NCBI GenBank assembly: GCA_036149055.1
Contig: JAYZQJ010000129.1
Span: 1-16,123 of the forward strand
Direction: 5' to 3'
Source: Myxococcota bacterium
GTDB lineage: Bacteria; Myxococcota_A; Polyangia; Polyangiales; Sandaracinaceae
DNA: 16,123 bases
Below the pieces are notes generated by a model that was not told the DNA's origin, ran no database searches, and saw only the letters and a program-made list of their open reading frames with translations. Made by a program: the position numbers and the translations under genes. Positions 1 to 6,799 of this stretch are shown here, in pieces (position 1 is the first letter of the stretch; the number at the start of each line of letters is the position of its first letter).

Positions 1-6
1 CAGGGC

Positions 7-126
7 CCCCAGCGCCCCGTCGCTGGGGTCGCGGCGCGAGCGCGAAGCGCGAGGCGCCGACGGAGTCGGGAGGGGGGCCCCATTGGCGCTTTGCCCAATG
101 GGGGGAGGGTTTGCACCAAACCCTCC
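7..126. repeat. Cluster of GC-rich palindromes downstream of the MerR-TPR gene (structured intergenic element, possible terminator)
   Basis: Stems seen directly: CCCCAGCG 7-14/CGCTGGGG 21-28; CGGCGC 32-37/GCGCCG 54-59 with inner GCGC-GAA-GCGC; CCCCATTGG 78-86/CCAATGGGG 95-103; perfect 10-bp GGAGGGTTTG 104-113/CAAACCCTCC 117-126. May continue past the window edge. Confidence 0.6.
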
Positions 127-133
127 AAAAACC

Positions 134-1162
134 TCAGCGCCAGTCGCCGCGGAGATGCTTCTCGGCGATCTCGGCCCAGGGGCCATCCGGATCGAGCTCG
201 AGGTAGGTTCGCCAGTGCGGCTTGGCCCGCGCGCCTTCGCCCAGGCTCTCGAGCGCCATGGCGAGGTTGAAGTGCGCGTCGGCGAAGCCGGGATCGTGCT
301 CCACCGCCCGCGCGAAGCGCTCCGTGGCCTCCGGCATCTCGCCGCGCTCGAACGCGAGGAAGCCGAGGTTGTAGAGGGCCTCGGGCTGCTCCGCGTCGAT
401 CTCGAGCGCGCGGGCGTAGAGGCGCTCCGCCTCCTCGACGTCTCCGCGCCGGTAGCGGAGGTTGCCCCAGTTGGTGAGCGCGTTGGCGAGCGTCGGGTCG
501 AGCGTGATCGCCTCGCGGTAGCAGCCCTCCGCCTTGTCGAAGGTGTGCTCCTGCTCGTCGAGGCGGCAGCCCTCGAGGTACTTCTCGTAGGCCATGCGTC
601 GACGCTCGGGGTCGACCCGCTCGGGCCGCAGCACGCGCACCACGTCGTCGCGCAGCGTCTGCACCTCGAAGTCGAGGGTCAGCTGGCCGGTCTCGGGCTC
701 GAAGGCGTGGCTCTGGTCGCGCACCACGACCGACTGCCCCTCGGCCACGATGCGCAGCTCGTTGAGCGGCCGCGTCACCGCGGGCAGGGTCTTCTCGAGC
801 GCCTCGAGGCTCCGGCGCACCGCCGGCAGGGCGAGCCCGCGATCGAGCAGCTCCTTGGCGGTGCGGATCGCGATGAGATCCTGGAAGGTGTAGTAGCGCC
901 GCCGCCCGACCCGGCCCGAGGGCACGACGAACTTCGAGCGCGCCCAGTAGCGCAGGCGCCCCTCGGGGATGTCGAACAGCCGCGAGACCTCCTCGCGGCG
1001 GAACAGCTCGCCGTAGGGCTCGGCGTGCGCGCCGCGGCCGTGGTCCGGCGGGGCGGCCTCGGACGCCTTCTGCGGCGCCTGCTCGGGCATCCCCGGGGGT
1101 GGATCGCTCCGTCGCCCGCCGTTCGGGCCAAAGCTGACGTGGATGACGTTGTCGTCGTTCAC
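134..1162 (-). CDS. MerR-family HTH domain + tetratricopeptide repeat protein
   Basis: N-half has a MerR-like wHTH (FRREEVSRLFDIPEGRLRYWARSKFVVPS...RRYYTFQDLIAIRTAKELLDRG). C-half has about 4 TPRs (ALTNWGNLRYRRGDVEEAERLYARALEIDAE; ALYNLGFLAFERG; AHFNLAMALESLG). GTG start overlaps the upstream stop (GTGA, 1159-1162). Confidence 0.9.
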   Translation of the reverse strand: MNDDNVIHVSFGPNGGRRSDPPPGMPEQAPQKASEAAPPDHGRGAHAEPYGELFRREEVSRLFDIPEGRLRYWARSKFVVPSGRVGRRRYYTFQDLIAIRTAKELLDRGLALPAVRRSLEALEKTLPAVTRPLNELRIVAEGQSVVVRDQSHAFEPETGQLTLDFEVQTLRDDVVRVLRPERVDPERRRMAYEKYLEGCRLDEQEHTFDKAEGCYREAITLDPTLANALTNWGNLRYRRGDVEEAERLYARALEIDAEQPEALYNLGFLAFERGEMPEATERFARAVEHDPGFADAHFNLAMALESLGEGARAKPHWRTYLELDPDGPWAEIAEKHLRGDWR

Positions 1163-1617
1163 GACGCTCCTCCGCGCACCATCGAGCCCGCGGCGACCGG
1201 CACCTCGAGGTCGACGTCGAGCAATAGCAGGGTTCCATCCCGACGGAAGGAGGACTCGAGCTGAGCGGTGCCCACGGCGCGGTCGGGGAAGCGCCGGTAG
1301 ACCTCCTGACAGACCATGCGGTGCGCCCGGATGCGCACCCGCACCGACGCCTGGATCATCTCGACCACGCTCTCGAGCTCCCCGGGATCGTCGAGCCCGC
1401 GGCAGCGGCGCCGCAGCCCGTCGAGGTCGAAGGTGATCATGATCGAGCCATACCAGCGGTCGCCCGGATCACCGTCGAGCCCGCCTTCGGTCAGGATCTC
1501 CGCGGAGCGGAACAGCTCGTCGATCGCCTGACGCGTCAGCGCGGCCCGGTCTCCCCGGTGGAGCGCACGTACGCGTCGGGCCCGCACGGGCGGCTTGAGG
1601 GGCGGCGGGGCCATCAC
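1159..1617 (-). CDS. Hypothetical protein (152 aa), translationally coupled to the MerR-TPR gene
   Basis: Globular-looking composition, unlike the Arg/Pro/Gly-rich shadow ORFs. Its TGA overlaps the next GTG start. A -10-like TACGAT lies 6 nt upstream of the GTG start. Confidence 0.75.
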   Translation of the reverse strand: MMAPPPLKPPVRARRVRALHRGDRAALTRQAIDELFRSAEILTEGGLDGDPGDRWYGSIMITFDLDGLRRRCRGLDDPGELESVVEMIQASVRVRIRAHRMVCQEVYRRFPDRAVGTAQLESSFRRDGTLLLLDVDLEVPVAAGSMVRGGAS

Positions 1618-1739
1618 TCGTCGATCGTACCTTTCCCTACATCGCGGATCGAATTCGCGGCGAACCCCTCGCTTACTCGCCGCTTAAGCGCCGCCCGGTC
1701 GATGAAGACGCGCGCGAGATGTCGCATCCTCTCGCCTCG

Positions 1740-4283
1740 ATGCCGAAGCACGCCTGGCTCGCCGCCCTCCTCCTCCTCGCCTGCGACGGCGCCGAGGAGC
1801 CCTCCGACGCCGGCCTCGACGGCGCGACCTCCGCGCCCGACGCGGGGACCGACGCGGGCCTGCCGCCGGACCCGGTCTACGCCCTCGCCGAGCCGGTCGA
1901 GGTCTTCCGCGACCCGACGGGCATGGTCCACCTCTACGCGCAGAGCGACGAGGACCTCTTCTTCGCGTCGGGCTACCAGCAGGCCGCCGACCGGCTCCTG
2001 TCGATGGAGCTGACCCGACGGCGCGCGCTCGGTCGCCGCGCGGAGCTGCTCGGCGAGCGCTACGTGGACGACGACGCGCTCGTGCGCATCGTGCAGCTGC
2101 CGCGCTGGGGCCGGGAGGCGGAGGCGCAGCTCCGGGCCGAGCAGCCGGAGTCGTACGCGCTCATCGTCGCGTGGGTCTCCGGCGTCAACGCGCGCATCGC
2201 CGAGATCGCGCGGGGCGAGGCCCCCCTCCCCTACGGCTTCGGCCCGGACGAGCTGGACTACGACCCCGAGCCCTGGCGGGTGAGCGACGCCTTCACGGTC
2301 GGCAAGCTGATCCTGTGGGGCAACGCCAACCAGCTCGAGTTCGACCTGCTGGCCACGATCATCCGCGAGGTCCTCCCCGCCACCTTCGCGAGCATCCCGC
2401 TGATGAGCCCGATGGTGGACGCGCCGATCCTGCCCGAGGACGAGCGCCCGACCGGCGGCCGGACGATGTCCTGGGAGCCCGGCGCGGCGCCGCCCGCCCC
2501 GGCGCTGCCCCCGGACCTCGCCGCGCGGGTGCGCCGGGTGCTGCAGCTCGTGCCCGAGCCGACGGCGCGCTTCTCGAGCAACAACTGGGCGGTCGACGGG
2601 CGCCACACCGAGAGCGGCCGGCCGCTGATCGCGGGCGACCCCCACCAGCCGCTCCGCAGCCCGTCGGTCTTCTACCTCCAGCACCTGAACAGCGCGGACG
2701 CCGGCGGCGCCTTCGACGTGGCCGGCTTCTCCTTCGTCGGCACCCCGGCGGTGCAGCTCGGCCACAACCGGCACGTCGCGTGGACGGCGACCACCACCTA
2801 CCCGGACATCTCGGATCTCTGGGAGGTGCGCGCCGCGGGCGACACCGTGAACGTGGGCGGCGAGTCGCGCACGGTGACCCGGCGTACGGAGACCATCCCC
2901 GTGCGCGACGGCGAGGCGGTCACGGTGACGGTGGAGGAGGTGCCCGGCTACGGCGTGCTCCTGCCCGACGACCTCGCCCCCATCCCGGTCACCGGCGCCG
3001 GGCGGCGCCTCCTCTACAACTGGGTCGGCTTCCGGCCCACCCAGGAGGCCTACTCCTTCCTCCAGCTCGACCGCGCCGAGACGCTCGAGGACTTCGAGGC
3101 GGCGGTCGACGGCATGGAGATCGGCTGCTTCAACTTCATCGGCGCCACCGCCGACGGCATCTCCTATCGCTCGTCGCCGCTGGTCCCGCTCCGGGCGCCC
3201 GACGTGCGCGACGCCTGGACGATGCAGGACGGCGACGATCCGAACACCTTCTGGCGCGACGGCTTCCTCGAGCTGCTCCCCCGGAGCCGCGGCGGCGCGC
3301 GGGGCTGGCTCGCGAGCGCGAACAACGATCCCTACGGCTTCACCAGCGGCGGCAGCCTCGAGGACGACCCCTTCTACTTCGGCGTCTTCTACGATCCGGG
3401 CACCCGCGGCGCGCGCATCGAGGCGGAGCTGACCCGCCTCACCGCCGGCGGCGCCGTCACCCCGGCCGACATGGAGGCGCTCCAGATGGACTCGCACAGC
3501 GTCGTCGCCGACCTGCTCCTTCCGGTGCTGCAGGAGAGCTGGGAGGCGGTGCCGACCGACGACGCGCTCGCCGAGTTCCGGGACCGCCCCGAGCTCGCGA
3601 CCCTGGTCACGCTGCTCCTGGACGACTGGAACCGCCGGCTCGATCGCGACCAGGCGGGCGCGGTCGCCTTCGACGTCTTCACCTTCATGGTCACCCGGCG
3701 CGCGATCGAGGACGAGCTGTCGGTGCTCTACGACACCATCCTCGGCGAGGAGCCCATCTACGTCGTGAAGTGGGCGGTCAACACGCTGCGGCGCACCTTC
3801 CCCGGGGCCGAGGACCTGCTCGAGGGCGGCCGCGATCACGTGGTCATGACCGCTCTCTCGGACACGGCCAGCTGGCTCGAGCGCCGCTTCGGGGGCGTCG
3901 ACCCGTCGCTCTACACCTGGGGCGATCACCACGGCACCCGGCTGCTCACCGACTACGGCGAGGCGCGGGACGGCGGCTGGGTCGCGACCGACGGCGGGCT
4001 CGGCACGGTCAACAAGAGCCCGGCGCGCTTCCCCGAGGGCGAGGACGGGCTCGCGCCGCTCGAGTCCACCTCGGGCCCGGTCTACCGCATGGTCGCGGGC
4101 TTCGCCGAGGACGGCACGCCCGAGGCGCGCTTCACCCACGTGCGCGGCAACGTCGGCGATCCCACCGACCCGGGCTTCGCGGCCAACACCGAGGACTGGG
4201 TGGAGGGCCGCTACACGCCGCTGCGCTTCGCCCGCGGCGCGATCGAGGCGGACGCGACGGAGAGCTGGCGCCTGGAACCCTGA
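1740..4283 (+). CDS. Penicillin acylase family Ntn-hydrolase (peptidase S45; penicillin/acyl-homoserine-lactone acylase-like), predicted lipoprotein
   Basis: Alpha-chain motif VFRDPTGMVHLYAQSDEDLFFASGYQQAADRL; beta-chain N-terminal nucleophile SNNWAV (Ser codon 2577-2579); LIAGDPH, QLGHN and ASANN motifs. Signal peptide MPKHAWLAALLLLAC with lipobox Cys (1782-1784) favours ATG 1740 over 1719. Confidence 0.93.
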   Translation: MPKHAWLAALLLLACDGAEEPSDAGLDGATSAPDAGTDAGLPPDPVYALAEPVEVFRDPTGMVHLYAQSDEDLFFASGYQQAADRLLSMELTRRRALGRRAELLGERYVDDDALVRIVQLPRWGREAEAQLRAEQPESYALIVAWVSGVNARIAEIARGEAPLPYGFGPDELDYDPEPWRVSDAFTVGKLILWGNANQLEFDLLATIIREVLPATFASIPLMSPMVDAPILPEDERPTGGRTMSWEPGAAPPAPALPPDLAARVRRVLQLVPEPTARFSSNNWAVDGRHTESGRPLIAGDPHQPLRSPSVFYLQHLNSADAGGAFDVAGFSFVGTPAVQLGHNRHVAWTATTTYPDISDLWEVRAAGDTVNVGGESRTVTRRTETIPVRDGEAVTVTVEEVPGYGVLLPDDLAPIPVTGAGRRLLYNWVGFRPTQEAYSFLQLDRAETLEDFEAAVDGMEIGCFNFIGATADGISYRSSPLVPLRAPDVRDAWTMQDGDDPNTFWRDGFLELLPRSRGGARGWLASANNDPYGFTSGGSLEDDPFYFGVFYDPGTRGARIEAELTRLTAGGAVTPADMEALQMDSHSVVADLLLPVLQESWEAVPTDDALAEFRDRPELATLVTLLLDDWNRRLDRDQAGAVAFDVFTFMVTRRAIEDELSVLYDTILGEEPIYVVKWAVNTLRRTFPGAEDLLEGGRDHVVMTALSDTASWLERRFGGVDPSLYTWGDHHGTRLLTDYGEARDGGWVATDGGLGTVNKSPARFPEGEDGLAPLESTSGPVYRMVAGFAEDGTPEARFTHVRGNVGDPTDPGFAANTEDWVEGRYTPLRFARGAIEADATESWRLEP

Positions 4284-4299
4284 GGGCTACGGTGCCCGC

Positions 4300-4962
4300 A
4301 TGCCTCCCGGCAAGCTGATCCCCGCCAACGCGCCGATGGCGTTCCTCTCGGACGTCCACGGCAACCTCCCGGCCCTCGAGGCGGTCCTCGCCGAGCTCGA
4401 GCGCCGCATGATCACGTCGATCTTCGTCGCGGGCGATCTCTTCCTCGGCGGGGACGACCCGGCGTCGGTCTACAAGCGGCTCTCCCAGGTCGACGCCAAG
4501 TGCGTGCGCGGCCTGAGCGACACCGCGCTCGTGGAGATCTCGCCCGAGGACCTCGCGCCCGAGAACGAGGCTCAGCAGGCGAAGGCGTCGGCGTTCCTGG
4601 AGACCCGCCGCGCGATCGGCGAGCTCGCCCTGAAGTTCCTGGAGAAGCTCCCCGAGACCCGCCGCATCCCGCTGGTCGACGGCTCGGAGATCGTGGTCGT
4701 GCACGGCTCGCCGGCGGACCCGACCCTCGAGATGTCGCACGACATGAGCGACGACGAGCTCAACGCCCTGGTGGCCGACGACCCCGCCGACGTCATCGTC
4801 TGCGGCGCCTCCCACGTCCCCTTCCAGCGCGACCTCGAGGGCGTCCGCATCGTGAACGTCGGCAGCGTCGGCGAAGCCCCCGAGGGCGGCCACGCCCACT
4901 TCACGATCATCACCCCCCGCATGGACGGCACCCTGATCGAGCAGACCTGGGTCACCTACTGA
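4300..4962 (+). CDS. Metallophosphoesterase (calcineurin-like, YfcE/MJ0912-type) family protein with degenerate metal site
   Basis: SDVHGN, AGD, VHGSP and NVGSVG motifs present. GN(H/C)D is replaced by GLSD and GH(T/S)H by GASH. Confidence 0.88.
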   Translation: MPPGKLIPANAPMAFLSDVHGNLPALEAVLAELERRMITSIFVAGDLFLGGDDPASVYKRLSQVDAKCVRGLSDTALVEISPEDLAPENEAQQAKASAFLETRRAIGELALKFLEKLPETRRIPLVDGSEIVVVHGSPADPTLEMSHDMSDDELNALVADDPADVIVCGASHVPFQRDLEGVRIVNVGSVGEAPEGGHAHFTIITPRMDGTLIEQTWVTY

Positions 4963-4966
4963 GCGA

Positions 4967-4982
4967 GGCCGCGAAAGCGGCC
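4967..4982 (+). terminator. GC hairpin with GAAA tetraloop just after the stop codon (possible terminator or 3' stabiliser)
   Basis: GGCCGC-GAAA-GCGGCC begins 4 nt after TGA 4962. No U-tract follows. Confidence 0.45.
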
Positions 4983-4990
4983 GACCTCAC

Positions 4991-5023
4991 CCCGTGCCCC
5001 TGCCCGTGCCCGTGCCCCTGCCC
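4991..5023. repeat. Hexamer tract (TGCCC[G/C])n
   Basis: CCCGTGCCCCTGCCCGTGCCCGTGCCCCTGCCC; 4991-5020 matches the reverse complement of 9511-9540 at 29/30 positions. Confidence 0.85.
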
Positions 5024-5024
5024 G

Positions 5025-5585
5025 CGACGCTTCGACGAGCGGCTCTCGCCAAGGCGCAAAGCCGCCAAGTCCATATCAGGCGCCCCGAGCCAGGCCCAGG
5101 CAGGCAGGTCGGACCGCCCGGCCGCCGGGTCCCGCGCCGTGCGAGCCGGCCCCTGCCCCGCGTCATCGTCGTATCCGACGCTTCGACGAGGGGCTCTCGC
5201 CAAGGCGCAAAGCCGCCAAGTCCATATCAGGCGCCCGGAGCCAGCCAGGGAGGCAGGTCGGACCGCCCGGCCGCCGGGTCCCGCGCTGGCGAAGCTGGTC
5301 GCTGCCCGTGCCCGCGTCAGCGTCGTATCCGACGCTTCGACGAGGGCTCTCGCCAAGGCGCAAAGCCGCCAAGTCCATGTCAGGCGCGGAGCCAGACAGG
5401 CAGGCAGGTCGGACCGCCCGGCCGCCGGGTCCCGCGCTGGCGAAGCTGGCCCCTGCCCGTGCCCGCGTCATCGTCGTATCCGACGCTTCGACGAGGGCTC
5501 TCGCCAAGGCGCAAAGCCGCCAAGTCCATGTCAGGCGCCCCGAGCCAGACAGGCAGGCAGGTCGGACCGCCAGGCCGCCGGGTCC
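5025..5585 (+). repeat. Tandem array A: 4 units of ~151-153 bp
   Basis: Core CTCTCGCCAAGGCGCAAAGCCGCCAAG starts at 5043, 5194, 5347 and 5498 (spacing 151, 153, 151). Each core is preceded by (GTATC)CGACGCTTCGACGAG and followed by GGTCGGACCGCC(C/A)GGCCGCCGGGTCC. Confidence 0.95.
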
Positions 5586-6430
5586 GGCCTGGCCGCCGGC
5601 CATCCCGCCGCCAGCTCGTCCCTTGGCGGCTTTGCGCCTTTGCGAGAGTAATTGTCGCCCCTCGCGTCTACCGCTCCAACCCGAGGCGACCGGAGCCAGG
5701 CAGGCGAGGCGAGCCGCCCGGCCGCCGGTTCCGGCCTGGCCACCGGCCATCCCGCCGCCAGCTCGTCCCTTGGCGGCTTTGCGCCTTTGCGAGAGTAATT
5801 GTCGTCCCTCGCGTCTACCGCTCCAACCCGAGGCGCCCGGAGCCAGGCAGGCGAGGCGAGCCGCCCGGCCGCCGGGTCCGGCCTGGCCGCTGGCCATCCC
5901 GCCGCCGGCTCGTCCCTTGGCGGCTTTGCGCCTTTGCGAGAGTAATTGTCGTCCCTCGTGTCTACCGCTCCAACCTGAGGCGCCCGGAGCCAAGCAGGCG
6001 AGGCGAGCCGCCCGGTCGCCGGGTCCGGCCTGGCCCACGGCCATCCCGCCGCCGGCTCGTCCCTTGGCGGCTTTGCGCCTTTGCGAGAGTAATTGTCGTC
6101 CCTCGCGTCTACCGCTCCAACCCGAGGCGCCCGGCGCCAGACAGACGGCAGGCGAGGCGAGCCGCCCGGTCGCCGGGTCCGGCCTGGCCGCCGGCCATCC
6201 CGCCGCCAGCTCGTCCCTTGGCGGCTTTGCGCCTTTGCGAGAGTAATTGTCGTCCCTCGCGTCTACCGCTCCAACCCGAGGTGACCGGAGCGAGGCGAGC
6301 CGCCCGGCCGCCGGGTTCGGCCTGGCCACCGGCCATCCCGCCGCCGGCTCGTCCCTTGGCGGCTTTGCGCCTTTGCGAGAGTAATTGTCGCCCCTCGCGT
6401 CTACCGCGCCAGTCCGAGGCGACCGGAGAC
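5586..6430 (-). repeat. Tandem array B: 6 units of ~147 bp carrying the inverted core
   Basis: Core CTTGGCGGCTTTGCGCCTTTGCGAGAG starts at 5622, 5769, 5916, 6063, 6217 and 6355 (spacing 147, 147, 147, 154, 138). It is the reverse complement of the array A core at 26/27 positions. Confidence 0.95.
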
Positions 6431-6799
6431 GATGTCGTCCTGGACGCGGAGGTCTCGCGCGCCGGCGCGGAGGAGCGCCTCGCAGAGATCCTCGAGCGAG
6501 ACGCGGGGCGGTTTGCGGAGCAGGCGGCGGAGGCCCCGGGGCCGGGGGACGGGCGCGGCGAGGACGCCGCCCTCGCGGACCTGAGCCGCGGTCCGGGCGA
6601 AGAGCGCGTCGAGGTCGTCGCCGGGCTCGGCGATCCAGGCGGCGTCGTAGCGCTCGCCTTCGGTGGCGTCGGTCATCAGGGTCACCCGGGCGAAGCCGGG
6701 GACGTCGACGAGCGCGTCGGCGACCACGAGGAGCGCGCCCCCCTGGGCGACCCCGCCGTAGAGGCTCGGCAGGGCCGAGGCGGGCTCACTCCGCGGCAT
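6401..6799 (-). CDS. Hypothetical protein (132 aa), possibly a degenerate Rossmann/methyltransferase-like fragment
   Basis: Overlaps the CorC/HlyC stop by 14 nt. Alpha/beta pattern (RYDAAWI...LFARTAAQVREGGVLA) loosely recalls SAM-MTase C-terminal strands. The stop codon lies inside the last repeat unit. Confidence 0.6.
   Translation of the reverse strand: MPRSEPASALPSLYGGVAQGGALLVVADALVDVPGFARVTLMTDATEGERYDAAWIAEPGDDLDALFARTAAQVREGGVLAAPVPRPRGLRRLLRKPPRVSLEDLCEALLRAGARDLRVQDDIVSGRLGLAR

Noticed and set aside
1614..4139. 841-aa minus-strand ORF and the similar long antisense ORFs (83-1264, 6798-8099, 9366-11540, 11709-13787, 13751-14848, 15070-16068)
   Set aside because: Shadow ORFs opposite well-supported genes, expected from GC3-biased codon usage. 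They show no recognisable motifs.
5025..6430. CRISPR array (regular 27-bp repeats)
   Set aside because: The intervening ~120-bp segments are near-identical to each other rather than unique spacers, the period is too long, the core flips orientation mid-array, and no cas genes are present.
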